This document shows positions 9,460-19,181 of a stretch of 43,096 nucleotides of DNA, one piece after another. How positions within the stretch are numbered: the first letter of the stretch is position 1; each line of letters opens with the position of its first letter. The DNA is taken from the NCBI GenBank assembly GCA_964433475.1, contig CAYSRP010000001.1:1-43096 (forward strand). The letters run 5' to 3'. A program made the position numbers and the translations under genes. The notes beneath the pieces were generated by a model. The model made no database searches. It saw nothing but the letters and a program-made list of their open reading frames with translations, and was not told where the DNA came from. This DNA is from an uncultured Methanomicrobiales archaeon (GTDB lineage: Archaea; Halobacteriota; Methanomicrobia; Methanomicrobiales; Methanocorpusculaceae).

Positions 9460-10320
9460 ATGACGGATGAACATATAATAGAAGCAGTAGGGATGACGAA
9501 AGTCGTTATCAGAGATGGAAAAGTAGTGGAAGTCGGAGAGCCGGGAGTTCACTTCTGCCCGCTTGCAAAAAGATTCGCCATGCCGGTTGACCCGATTACG
9601 AAAGAGGCTGTGCAGAAAAATATCGAGTTTCGTATCCAGAAATTTGGAATGTGCACAAAGGATCGTGAAGTCCTGGACAAGGAATCCTTTGTTTTGTTTG
9701 GGGCTTCTGAGTTGATGAGCACTGGTCTCAAAACGAAAACATTAGACGCAGCAGTAATTTGTTCTGATGGTGCAGGCTCCGTAATTGTTCGAAGTCCGGA
9801 ACTTGTTCAGGGACTTGGCGGACGGATGTCGGGACTTGTTTCAACGACGCCTTACCCGGAAGTTATCAGAAAAATAGAAGAAGCCGGCGGGATTGTTATC
9901 GATAAAACAAGCGCAGGAATGGATGTTCTTGCAGGTATGGAGCGCGCAAAAAAAGAGGGCTGGACAAAGATCGCGGTTACCGTCTCGGGATCTCAGCACG
10001 AACTCGCCGAACTGATTCGTGAAAATTATCCTGAATCAATAATTATTGCAGTTCATACATCCGGTGTTAAGAGCGCAGATAATGCAGAACGCCTCGTTTC
10101 TGTATCTGATCTGGTATTTGCCTGTGCTTCAAAATATGTTCGTGCGGCTGTATCCAAAGCACTTATTCAAGGTGGGATCGGTGTCCCTGTCTATGCTATG
10201 ACTCCTATTGGAAAAAAACTGGTTTTGGAACGGCTTAATGATACTGATCAGCAGATCTTAGTCAAAAATACAAAACTTCCGGTCGAAGATATGGGAAAGC
10301 AGCCGGATCCATTAATGTAA
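9460..10320 (+). CDS. Methanogenesis marker 8 protein (DUF2099)
   Basis: DEHIIEAVG..VVIRDGKVVEVGEP....CPL, NIEFRI..FGMCT..R, QGLGGRMSGLVSTTP; real start is MTDEH at 9460. Confidence 0.9.
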   Translation: MTDEHIIEAVGMTKVVIRDGKVVEVGEPGVHFCPLAKRFAMPVDPITKEAVQKNIEFRIQKFGMCTKDREVLDKESFVLFGASELMSTGLKTKTLDAAVICSDGAGSVIVRSPELVQGLGGRMSGLVSTTPYPEVIRKIEEAGGIVIDKTSAGMDVLAGMERAKKEGWTKIAVTVSGSQHELAELIRENYPESIIIAVHTSGVKSADNAERLVSVSDLVFACASKYVRAAVSKALIQGGIGVPVYAMTPIGKKLVLERLNDTDQQILVKNTKLPVEDMGKQPDPLM

Positions 10321-10647
10321 ATCCAGGGAAATGTAATGTGACACACAAAAAATACTGATTGTGTTACGAAAATACTACTATTTTATTCTAATGTGCTGGT
10401 TAAACGTGTGCTGCGCAACCTAACAATTCAGGAACCGGATTACTTTGAACTGAATTTTTTGTGAACCGATTCTAAACGTGCTACTCCAATATTTTTTGGA
10501 TAATTTTTCTGTGATTTATTTTCATTTGGCAGACTCTTTCAAATTTGGATTATGAAACCCCGCCTTAACAGGACTTCCCGTCAAAAACTCACTGATCATC
10601 AGACACACTAAATAACCATACCGCCAAAATACAATAAGAACATTCTC

Positions 10648-11523
10648 ATGCGGTATCATTACGACAAAAACACCCTGTATGTCAGAGGCGACTTCAAAGC
10701 AGTCAGTACAGGAGTTGACGGAGGTCTCCGGCACGTTTCCACCCTCTTAAATCACACCGTAGAAAAAGACTTTTGCCACGATGATCCCATCGTTTTCATC
10801 CGAAAACTCCTTGCGGATGCGCATTATGCAGACGATGCATTTGGTCTATTGACCGCTGTCTGGATGCAGGATCTATGCGTTCTTCAATATGATTACATCA
10901 CGGTCTTTGTTACCGCAGGTGTCTCCAATCCTAATCCAGACCCGACCAAACCTCATACCATAAATATCATCGTAACTTCCAATGAAGGCTTTTCCGATGC
11001 TGCCCTTCTTGAAACCATAATCACCGTAACCGAAGCAAAAGCCCACGCACTCCGGCTCCTTGAAAGAGACTTCACCGGTACCACTTCCGATGCAGTGATC
11101 GCCGCGTGTGAAGGACCGGTCAAATACACCTATACGGGGACCTTTACCGAACCGGGAGAACGTATCTATGCTGCGGTCCTTCGTGGAGTGATGGAGGCAG
11201 TAAAACGTCATGAAGGAACTATCTCAGTGACTGGTCCCTCCTACTTCATCTATTCCAGATATGGGGATACCGGCTGGTTCGAATGGAAAAAAGAAGGATG
11301 CCCGTATTACCCGTGTCACTTTGAAGGACAATCCTGTGATTTCTGCTACTGTCCGTTTTATCCCTGTCATGATGAATCACTCGGTGAATGGATCGACAGT
11401 ACGTCCCGCGGTCAGAAAGTCTGGGCCTGCACAAACTGCACGCTTCTTCACAAACCCAAAGTTGCCGCGTATCTCAAAACTCATCCGGACGCCACACTTG
11501 AAGAACTCAAACGGTTGAAATAA
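10648..11523 (+). CDS. cbiZ: Adenosylcobinamide amidohydrolase CbiZ fused to a C-terminal cysteine-rich (zf-like) domain
   Basis: GLLTAV, VTAGVSN, HTINI, TEAKA, TGTTSDAV CbiZ motifs; C-terminal CPYYPCH..GQSCDFCYCPFYPC...WACTNCTLLH. Confidence 0.87.
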   Translation: MRYHYDKNTLYVRGDFKAVSTGVDGGLRHVSTLLNHTVEKDFCHDDPIVFIRKLLADAHYADDAFGLLTAVWMQDLCVLQYDYITVFVTAGVSNPNPDPTKPHTINIIVTSNEGFSDAALLETIITVTEAKAHALRLLERDFTGTTSDAVIAACEGPVKYTYTGTFTEPGERIYAAVLRGVMEAVKRHEGTISVTGPSYFIYSRYGDTGWFEWKKEGCPYYPCHFEGQSCDFCYCPFYPCHDESLGEWIDSTSRGQKVWACTNCTLLHKPKVAAYLKTHPDATLEELKRLK

Positions 11524-12263
11524 TGTATGAAAATATGGTCACCCGTGTGCCGGGACTTCGTTACAAAGACGGGAAAATCGATAAAATAGAGGATGTTATC
11601 GTCATTGAACAGAAAATCAACCTTTATCTGAACGGTAAAAAATATCTTTCGATGGTCGCAAGTATGGACCAGCTGGAAGAGTTGGGAGCGGGATTTTTTA
11701 CGGCAGCAGGTATCGCACATGATATCCGTTCGGTTTGCGTAAAGGGAAAAAGTGTCTTTGTAGAAGCGGGAAGCGTGGCAGAAATTGCCGGTTCTCTTGA
11801 ATCAGCAGGCGGGTTTGACCCTGGACTCCCTGCGGGTCGTGTAACATCCAATGCAAAAATCACCCCTGAGGAAATCTTCAAAATCCGCGAGACTCTGAAT
11901 GCAGATGTCTGGAATGAAACGGGCGGTCTGCACTGTTCGGTTTTGTATCACGATCATAAGCAGGCGGCAATTTCCAGTGACATAGGCCGGCATAATACCG
12001 TGGACAAAGTGATCGGGAGAATGGTTCTGGATAAGCTTGATCCGTCATCCTGTGTTCTCGGATGTACGGGACGCCAACCTTCCGGGATGGTGGTGAAGGC
12101 GGCAAATGCCGGTATTCCAATTATTGTTTCACGGGCTGCATCTACGTTGGCAGGAGTGTGTCTCGCAAAGGAAAGCGGGATCACACTGATATGTTTCACG
12201 AGGGATGGACGGTTTACCGTGTATGCTCATCCGGAACGTGTGATCGGGCTGGATAAAGAATAA
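11523..12263 (+). CDS. fdhD: Formate dehydrogenase accessory sulfurtransferase FdhD
   Basis: ETGGLH, DIGRHNTVDKVIG, TGR, KAANAGIP and VYAHPERV motifs; TAATG overlap with cbiZ. Confidence 0.92.
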   Translation: MYENMVTRVPGLRYKDGKIDKIEDVIVIEQKINLYLNGKKYLSMVASMDQLEELGAGFFTAAGIAHDIRSVCVKGKSVFVEAGSVAEIAGSLESAGGFDPGLPAGRVTSNAKITPEEIFKIRETLNADVWNETGGLHCSVLYHDHKQAAISSDIGRHNTVDKVIGRMVLDKLDPSSCVLGCTGRQPSGMVVKAANAGIPIIVSRAASTLAGVCLAKESGITLICFTRDGRFTVYAHPERVIGLDKE

Positions 12264-12269
12264 AAAAGG

Positions 12270-14750
12270 TTACTGGTATTCCATTAGATTCTGGGCTTCT
12301 TTTGGCAGTCCACCTTTGAATCTTTGGGATATCGCTGTATAATACTCACGCACATGCTCATTCATCGTTGCATGGACCCGTTTTTTCGCTTCTTCAAAAT
12401 CCTCTCCAGAAACAATGAAAGCGTCATTTCTAAGTGCATGCATTGCGGCCTCACGACAGAGACCTTCCAGGTCAGACCCCACATATCCGGCAGTTTCTTT
12501 TGCCAGCCTCCGAATCAAATCGGTTTTTACCGGGTCCTTCAAAGTGACATGGTGCTTTTTGAACGCGGCTGAAACGCGTTTTCTCTCTTCTAAATATGGC
12601 AGTGCTGTGCCTTTGTCATATTTTTTCACGGAGGTCTTGATTTGTTTGGTCGTTACGGTTTTTCCTTCATATTTTGCAGCAAGAGTTTCGAATGATGGGT
12701 CATCCAGTCCGGAGATGTCCTCAATAACTTCGTCAAATATCGATCCTTCGATTGGCATATTCTGCATATGCACTGAAAGGATCTCTTCTCTATCAGCTTC
12801 GTTTGGCTCCTGAATGTAGACAAGTCTGTCAAAGCGTCCGCTTCTAAGGAGAGCGGGGTCAATGATGTCAGGACGGTTCGAGGCTGCTAATATCATAACG
12901 TCATTCAGTTCCTCGATACCGTCCATCTCGGTAAGGATCTGGTTTAAGACATTCTCCGTTGTGTGGTTTCCGTCACCCGCTCCGCGTGCCGGAGTCAGTG
13001 AATCGAGTTCGTCGAAGAAAATGATTGACGGGGCAACCTGCCGTGCTTTTTTAAAGATGTCCCTGACTGCTTTTTCGGATTCACCTACCCATTTGGATAG
13101 AAGTTCCGGACCTTTGATGGCGATAAAGTTCGCGCCGCTCTCGTTTGCAACGGCTTTTGCGATCATCGTTTTCCCGGTTCCGGGCGGACCATAAAGGAGA
13201 ACTCCTTTTGGCGGACGGATGCCGAGTTTTGCGAAGGTCTCTTTCTTTGTGAGTGGGAATTCCACGGACTCACGTACGTCACGGACCGCGTCCTTAGCCC
13301 CCCCGATATCAGACCATACAACGTTTGCAGTTTCGAGGGAAATCTCCCGCATTGCAGATGGGAATACTTCCCTGGATGCGGCTATGAAATCTGCGGTCGT
13401 TACCTCAAGTTTTCTGAGGATTTCTTCCGGGATTTTTTCGGAATCGAGATTGGCAACATCTATCTGCCGGCGAAGGGCTCGGATTGCGGCCTCGCGTGCG
13501 AGTGCTGCAAGATCGGCCCCGACAAATCCTTTGGCGAGTGTTGCAAGACTGAGCAGGAGTTTGTCCCGGGATGCTTCATATTGGGATAATACCTGTTCCA
13601 TAACCTCTTCGTCAGGATTCTGATCGCGAAGGTCCTTCAGTTTCGCCATTCCTTCAAACGGCATGTTTTTGGTATGGATCTGGAGGATTTCCATCCTGTC
13701 AGCTTCGGAAGGGACACCGATCTCGATCTCCCGGTCAAATCTTCCGGGTCTCCTGAGTGCCGGATCGATCGCATCGGGACGGTTTGTCGCCCCGATCACA
13801 ATGACCTGTCCTCTGTCGGAAATACCGTCCATCATGGTCAGAAGCTGGGCAACGACCCTTCGTTCGACTTCGCCGTTCACGTCTTCACGTTTCGGGGCGA
13901 TGGAGTCGAGTTCGTCGATAAAGATGATTGAAGGAGCATTGTCCTCTGCTTCCTCAAATATTTCACGGAGTTTTTGCTCAGATTCACCATAATATTTGGA
14001 GATGATTTCAGGACCGGCTATCGGGATAAAGTGGGCCCCGCTTTCATTTGCAACAGCTTTTGCGATGAGCGTTTTCCCGGTTCCTGGCGGACCGTAGAGC
14101 AGGACACCTTTTGGCGGCTCGATTCCCAGTGTATCGAATAATTCCGGATGACGGAGCGGGAGCTCTATCATTTCACGAACGCGCCTGAGTTCACTTTTTA
14201 ATCCGCCTATGTCTTCGTAGGTGATGGATTTCGTGCCGTCAAATCCTTCTTCATCTTCGAAGATGAGGTCAGTATTTTTTGTCAGGATACAGGCATTTTC
14301 CGGTTCGATCATTGACACTTTGAATTCTATCGGCGAACCGGGATGGTAGGTTTTTACCGGAATGATATCGTCTTTCGTGACGGGGAAGTTGATGAGCGAT
14401 ATAAGATATTCATCGTCATCACTGGGGAAAGATGGTGAAATATCTCCCGGGGGTATGAGGGTCACGGTGGTTGCTGAGATCTGTTCTTCAACTTTTTCGA
14501 CGGTGACGCGGTCTCCCGGATTTACACCGGCGTTTGCCCGGGTATATTTGTCTATTCTGATTTTTTCCTGGTTCCAGTCATTTTCAAGGGAACGCCATAC
14601 TTTAGCTATGGTGGATGTATTTCCGGTGATTTTGACAAGGTCACCTGCACGCACATCCAATGCCTGCATGGCATCCGGATCGAGGCGTGCTTTGCCGTTT
14701 CCCTGATCTTCAGGATAGGCACTATCAACTTTTAGTGATATTTCCGGCAT
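12270..14750 (-). CDS. cdc48: CDC48/VAT-family AAA+ ATPase
   Basis: Double-psi N-domain, two AAA modules each with GPPGTGKT and IIF(I/F)DELD, second-region-of-homology DPAL.R.GRFDR. Confidence 0.96.
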   Translation of the reverse strand: MPEISLKVDSAYPEDQGNGKARLDPDAMQALDVRAGDLVKITGNTSTIAKVWRSLENDWNQEKIRIDKYTRANAGVNPGDRVTVEKVEEQISATTVTLIPPGDISPSFPSDDDEYLISLINFPVTKDDIIPVKTYHPGSPIEFKVSMIEPENACILTKNTDLIFEDEEGFDGTKSITYEDIGGLKSELRRVREMIELPLRHPELFDTLGIEPPKGVLLYGPPGTGKTLIAKAVANESGAHFIPIAGPEIISKYYGESEQKLREIFEEAEDNAPSIIFIDELDSIAPKREDVNGEVERRVVAQLLTMMDGISDRGQVIVIGATNRPDAIDPALRRPGRFDREIEIGVPSEADRMEILQIHTKNMPFEGMAKLKDLRDQNPDEEVMEQVLSQYEASRDKLLLSLATLAKGFVGADLAALAREAAIRALRRQIDVANLDSEKIPEEILRKLEVTTADFIAASREVFPSAMREISLETANVVWSDIGGAKDAVRDVRESVEFPLTKKETFAKLGIRPPKGVLLYGPPGTGKTMIAKAVANESGANFIAIKGPELLSKWVGESEKAVRDIFKKARQVAPSIIFFDELDSLTPARGAGDGNHTTENVLNQILTEMDGIEELNDVMILAASNRPDIIDPALLRSGRFDRLVYIQEPNEADREEILSVHMQNMPIEGSIFDEVIEDISGLDDPSFETLAAKYEGKTVTTKQIKTSVKKYDKGTALPYLEERKRVSAAFKKHHVTLKDPVKTDLIRRLAKETAGYVGSDLEGLCREAAMHALRNDAFIVSGEDFEEAKKRVHATMNEHVREYYTAISQRFKGGLPKEAQNLMEYQ

Positions 14751-14854
14751 GGTACATGTATTATGATACGGGAGTTGTTAATAATTCTCTAGCTGGATAC
14801 TTTTCATAGAATAGGGACGGGTTTTGGAACAGATGGAGAAAAGAAAAAAATTAT

Positions 14855-15115
14855 TTAGAGCATGCGGTTGAGACTTTCGATCTCTACACGCTCGATACCG
14901 GCAATCTTGGAAAACAAACCCTCAACATTGTCACCGGCTCCTTCCTCATCCTGGGTGATCATTGCAATCTTTATTGCTGAAAGACCAAAGCCAATCGGCT
15001 CGACCCGCATATCTTCGATACCAGGTACATTTGCTTTAATTTCTTCCTGAAGTTTGTTAATATCAATTTCAGGAGATTCCGGCATTATTTTTAAAATAAC
15101 TGCAACTTCACCCAT
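14855..15115 (-). CDS. ef1b: Translation elongation factor 1-beta
   Basis: MGEVAVILKIMPESPE...EPIGFGL signature. Confidence 0.95.
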   Translation of the reverse strand: MGEVAVILKIMPESPEIDINKLQEEIKANVPGIEDMRVEPIGFGLSAIKIAMITQDEEGAGDNVEGLFSKIAGIERVEIESLNRML

Positions 15116-15121
15116 GAAGTT

Positions 15122-15283
15122 TCAGAGCCCCTGGAATCCGCATTTCGGGCAGGTGTATTTCACACTCTGCTTTCTGCATTGTGCACAGCGGTAGATTGTT
15201 TCTCCACAGTCTGGGCATTTAAACTCGGTTGCACCGCGCTCCGCGAGCGGGGCATTACAGGATGTACATCTTATTGTTGCCAT
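15122..15283 (-). CDS. Small zinc-finger protein (DUF1610/HVO_2753 family; not in ORF track)
   Basis: Hand translation MATIRCTSCNAPLAERGATEFKCPDCGETIYRCAQCRKQSVKYTCPKCGFQGL* (53 aa, four CxxC); usual archaeal position just upstream of ef1b; SD AAGGAG upstream. Confidence 0.92.
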   Translation of the reverse strand: MATIRCTSCNAPLAERGATEFKCPDCGETIYRCAQCRKQSVKYTCPKCGFQGL

Positions 15284-15315
15284 ACGATTAAACTCCTTAT
15301 TCCATTGGTGTTCGA

Positions 15316-15831
15316 TTATAATAAACGTGTGGCTTGGAAATATTCCCTTACACTGCCTGTTATCCGCCCGTTGATTATCTTTGCAGAAATGCCGCTCTTT
15401 TTGAGGGTCGAATAATACGACGGGTCAACAAGATCCGCAGCTGAATCAGTTGATTTTATTACAAGAAGCGGGCATTCAAGACGTCCTGCGATCCATGCAG
15501 CTATTGAATCAGAGGTGGTATCCCAGGAGTGAGGCAGGGGGTCTTCCTTTCTGAGCACACGTTCCGGCAAAAATATTGTGGGTTCCTCCGGCATCGAAAG
15601 TTCGTTTGTAACTGGATATCCGAAGGTGGAAAGATATCTTCCGTATTTTTCCATGGCAGCTATCGCTCTCCAGTGGCTTGTGTCGTCGTCAGACTTTTCT
15701 TCCCGAACCATGTCGGCAAAAATCCCGCCGCCCGGAACGATCAGCATCGGGAATTTTGGAAGTTCAAAAAGGATTTTGCCCGCAACATCCATCAGGCTCC
15801 CACCGAATTTTACCACGGTTCCATTCGACAT
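15316..15831 (-). CDS. Amino-acid-kinase family protein, MfnE-like (methanofuran pathway kinase)
   Basis: VVKFGGSL, VPGGGIFADMVR, HWRAIAAM and LPHSWDTTSDSIAAW motifs. Confidence 0.8.
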   Translation of the reverse strand: MSNGTVVKFGGSLMDVAGKILFELPKFPMLIVPGGGIFADMVREEKSDDDTSHWRAIAAMEKYGRYLSTFGYPVTNELSMPEEPTIFLPERVLRKEDPLPHSWDTTSDSIAAWIAGRLECPLLVIKSTDSAADLVDPSYYSTLKKSGISAKIINGRITGSVREYFQATRLL

Positions 15832-15867
15832 ACATTAATACTGTGCCGTAAATACAAAAAAAATCAT

Positions 15868-17520
15868 ATGAAGAGGTTGCTGGTTTCATTTTTGTTTTTG
15901 TTAATTCTTGTTTCACCTGCTTCAGCTTTTGTTCTGAGCGAATTCTGTCCGGACGGATATTCATCGGGAGACGGTGATGAGTATTTCGTTCTGGAAGGAA
16001 CGGGTGCGCTATCGGGATGGACAGTGTCCGATGGAGAGGGAACCATTTCATTTCCCGCCGGGGCAATTTCCGACGGTCGGGTGATCGTTGCCCGAAATGC
16101 CACGGCATATTTTCAAATATGGGGCACGCTTCCTGATCATGAGATCCTTGAAAGCGGGACGACCCCAAATGTTTTGCAGAGCGGGAGGTTCCAGATGGCG
16201 AACACCGGTGATGATCTTTCGCTTTACTCGGGTGGGATCCTTGTGCAAACTATATCTTGGCCTGACAAACTTGAGAATTCGAATGGCAGAGTCCATATAT
16301 ATACAGATGGTGTCTGGGACGATCGTATCTATAAAATCGGGCAGAGCCGTTTTCTCCCTGAAACCTTCACCGCTGATTCGGTGACGCTATTCGTTTCTCC
16401 GGATTGTTCGTATGATACCGTCAGCAAAGTCATACGTGATTCCAAGAATACTCTTATAATTTCAATGTATGAGTTTACCCATCCGGAACTGGCAGAAGAA
16501 GTTGCAGAAGCCGCAAAAAGGGGTGTAGAAGTTACCCTGTTAATGGAAGGTGGTCCTGTTGGAGGCATTTCAGATGAAGAGAAAGGTGTGCTGAATTATC
16601 TGAAAGAAGCGGGAGTTTCCGTCAGTACTATTGAGAGCGAGGGAAATCTTCCGGCACGATACAGGTATCTGCACACCAAATATCTCGTGGCAGATGATTA
16701 CATCACTGTCATCCTCTCGGAGAACTTTAAACCAAGCGGCATCCCGCTTACGGGAACAAAAGGAAACAGGGGTTGGGGTGTCGTGGTTCGTGATACGGGG
16801 GTCGCGGAGTATTTTACGAGGGTGTTCACGGATGACCTTTCCGGGTATGATATTTATCCTTACGTTCCCGATGATGAATCGTTCCCTCTCACGTGGTCGG
16901 ATGTCGATATCATCCCGCATTTCTCTGAAAAGACACTTTACAATGTAGTCGTTACTCCGGTCATCTCACCTGATACCAGTTACCTTGTTCCGGATATGAT
17001 TGAGAAAGCGACCAACTCCATTGACATTCAGGAGGCGTATATTTCTCCCTATCCTGATGGTGAAAATACCTGGCTTGCCGAACTCCTTGAAGCAGGAGAA
17101 CGCGGGGCTGAACTTCGCGTAATGCTGGATGGAGTCTACTACAACACGGAAGATGATGCGGACAACGATGAACTGGTTGCGTCTTTGAATAGAATGGGCT
17201 CAGGCATTTCAGCAAAACTGCTGATCCCAGGAAATTATCTCACAAAACTCCATAACAAAGGATTGATCGTGGACGATGAATATGTCCTGGTAAGTTCCAT
17301 CAATTGGAATTTCAATTCCCCTAACAACAACCGGGAAGCCGGATTGATTATTCAGAGTCCGGAGGCAGCTGAGTATTACACGGAGGTTTTTGACTTTGAC
17401 TGGAATAAAGATTTTGAGAAAGATCCTTTTTCAGTAGGGATCGGCTTTGACGTCAGGTTTCTGCTTGCCGGCGGTGTTGTCATTCTTCTAATCGGTATCC
17501 TGATCTATCGGAGAAGGTGA
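15868..17520 (+). CDS. Secreted, membrane-anchored phospholipase D-family protein with lamin-tail-like N-domain
   Basis: Signal peptide MKRLLVSFLFLLILVSPASA, two HKD motifs (HTKYLVAD, HNKGLIVD), C-terminal TM helix + RRR. The GTG extension to 15529 is a shadow overlapping the kinase gene. Confidence 0.9.
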   Translation: MKRLLVSFLFLLILVSPASAFVLSEFCPDGYSSGDGDEYFVLEGTGALSGWTVSDGEGTISFPAGAISDGRVIVARNATAYFQIWGTLPDHEILESGTTPNVLQSGRFQMANTGDDLSLYSGGILVQTISWPDKLENSNGRVHIYTDGVWDDRIYKIGQSRFLPETFTADSVTLFVSPDCSYDTVSKVIRDSKNTLIISMYEFTHPELAEEVAEAAKRGVEVTLLMEGGPVGGISDEEKGVLNYLKEAGVSVSTIESEGNLPARYRYLHTKYLVADDYITVILSENFKPSGIPLTGTKGNRGWGVVVRDTGVAEYFTRVFTDDLSGYDIYPYVPDDESFPLTWSDVDIIPHFSEKTLYNVVVTPVISPDTSYLVPDMIEKATNSIDIQEAYISPYPDGENTWLAELLEAGERGAELRVMLDGVYYNTEDDADNDELVASLNRMGSGISAKLLIPGNYLTKLHNKGLIVDDEYVLVSSINWNFNSPNNNREAGLIIQSPEAAEYYTEVFDFDWNKDFEKDPFSVGIGFDVRFLLAGGVVILLIGILIYRRR

Positions 17521-17806
17521 CCCTGGCACATCCAAAGACGGATTTTTACATTCATTAGATACCATTCCAGTAATTATGATCGATACAGAAAAAATTTACC
17601 GGGAATCCTAGTCTGAGGGACGCATACTGGATATGTTCTGGAATCTTTATGTTTTCAGGTGGAGCGAACATTTTTTTCTCCATCAGTTAAGGCATAGTCC
17701 GGATTATGTATCAGAGCTTGATTTTCTGGCAGAAAAAGATGGTCACAGATTTTCAAAAAGAGTTTGAGATCATGGCTGTTCTTATGTATTAGGGCCCGCG
17801 CCTCGT

Positions 17807-18208
17807 TTATCTGAATCCCTTCGCGTCCCGAACCTCGATCTCCTCCATTTCGTCGAGATATGGAAGGAGTGCTTTGATATATTCCCGTGGTCCGACCGCC
17901 GTCTGCATCGTTCCGGTCTCAAGGATCTCTGCGGTGAGCGGTTGCTCTTTCAGCATTTCTTCGATGTTTGCTCCCGGTCCCCCGATTTGTTTCATCTGCT
18001 TTTGCATATTTTTGAACCAGTCTTCGATTTCAAGGACTGGTCGGAAGTCCATATCCACCATCCGGTATTTTTCCACGTCATCTGCGACATTAGACGTTTT
18101 TGCTATGTTTTCATCCATGTAGAGATACACATTGATCCGCTCTCGTTGCCGGATTTCCCGGAGAACCAGAAGATCAATATGTTCTCCGGAGGTGGGAAGG
18201 GTCGTCAT
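17807..18208 (-). CDS. Conserved hypothetical protein
   Basis: ATG start, 133 aa, natural acidic composition, co-oriented with the upstream gene; no family recognised. Confidence 0.7.
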   Translation of the reverse strand: MTTLPTSGEHIDLLVLREIRQRERINVYLYMDENIAKTSNVADDVEKYRMVDMDFRPVLEIEDWFKNMQKQMKQIGGPGANIEEMLKEQPLTAEILETGTMQTAVGPREYIKALLPYLDEMEEIEVRDAKGFR

Positions 18209-18243
18209 TCTTATGATATATGTCGGCTAAAATTATTAAGTTC

Positions 18244-18603
18244 TCACAGGACGGTGATGTCCAAGATTCCATTGGTAACGATCTCTTTTTTTCCGGAATA
18301 CGTGTCTGCTTTTCCAATCACTTTCACCAAGTCTCCGTCCTGAAGATTCAGATCGGTTCCTCCCTCAGGAACAAAAACATCCACGCCCGAGACATTTACT
18401 ATAAGATGCCCGCCGGTGCTGGTGATTTTTGTATCAAGGACAACACCTTCGAGATAGACAAGTGCTCCGTCTTGTATTTCAGATGTATAAGGAATCGCTC
18501 CTTTATCCGGGAGGGCGTATGTCGTTCCAAAATACAACACGGCAAGTATCAGGATCACTGTTGCCATGATACAAATAGCGCGACGTTCGGAAATGGTGAA
18601 CAT
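18244..18603 (-). CDS. Membrane-anchored OB-fold protein
   Basis: N-terminal TM helix followed by an OB-fold pattern (VYLEGVV...GGHLIVNV...GDLVKVIGKADTYSGKKEI); ATG at 18603 preferred. Confidence 0.75.
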   Translation of the reverse strand: MFTISERRAICIMATVILILAVLYFGTTYALPDKGAIPYTSEIQDGALVYLEGVVLDTKITSTGGHLIVNVSGVDVFVPEGGTDLNLQDGDLVKVIGKADTYSGKKEIVTNGILDITVL

Positions 18604-18719
18604 TATGTTTTTTCTGTTTGTGGGGCGGGGATGATTAATCTTATTTTCCTGCCGTATTGCATCAAACAAACTCCCGTATGACAATCTTATTGGTATGTGT
18701 GGTTACAAACTTAATATGT

Positions 18720-18754
18720 AATATCAATGATATTGTTCTTGACTATCAGAACAA
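18720..18754. promoter_or_regulatory. Two adjacent palindromes upstream of the BRE/TATA of the wHTH gene
   Basis: AATATCA-A-TGATATT (18720-18734) and TTGTTCT-N8-AGAACAA (18733-18754), followed by GAAAGGTATTATATAG. Confidence 0.5.
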
Positions 18755-18795
18755 ATTTGGAAAGGTATTATATAGTATTAAACCAATTATCTTGT

Positions 18796-19035
18796 ATGCA
18801 GAGAACTAACATGCCCAAGTCGTGTGTCACAGTTTACCAGTTACTCGAACGGACCGGTTCTCAGACGCACAAGGATATAGTCTCCAGCACAGGACTTGCA
18901 CCACGCACTGTCCGATACGCTCTGAGACGGCTGAAGGAAAGCGGACTTATCATCGAGAAATTTAATTTCCGTGATGCTCGTCAGGCAATTTACATGCCTA
19001 AGATGACCGCGGCACCAACAAATGCCTCGGCATAA
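18796..19035 (+). CDS. Small winged-helix DNA-binding protein (MarR/ArsR-like)
   Basis: THKDIVSSTGLAPRTVRYALRRLKESGLI helix-turn-helix and DARQ wing; start placed downstream of the TATA box. Confidence 0.85.
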   Translation: MQRTNMPKSCVTVYQLLERTGSQTHKDIVSSTGLAPRTVRYALRRLKESGLIIEKFNFRDARQAIYMPKMTAAPTNASA

Positions 19036-19181
19036 TTTTTTCGTATCAATCTCAGAAAAATAAATCTCCTCCTTATTCTCTCGCTTTATTTTTTGTTCTG
19101 TTTTCATAACCATCATCACATGATCCGGGGCACATCCTCTTACGAACGACTTAATTTATTGCACGTTCAATAAGTACAACA

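Noticed and set aside
15529-15867. 113-aa N-terminal extension of the PLD ORF in the track
   Set aside because: It overlaps the opposite-strand kinase gene, and a clean signal peptide begins at ATG 15868.
17521-17806. 286-nt gap between convergent genes; possible sRNA or pseudogene
   Set aside because: No credible ORF, canonical C/D boxes, tRNA fold or repeat could be supported by eye.
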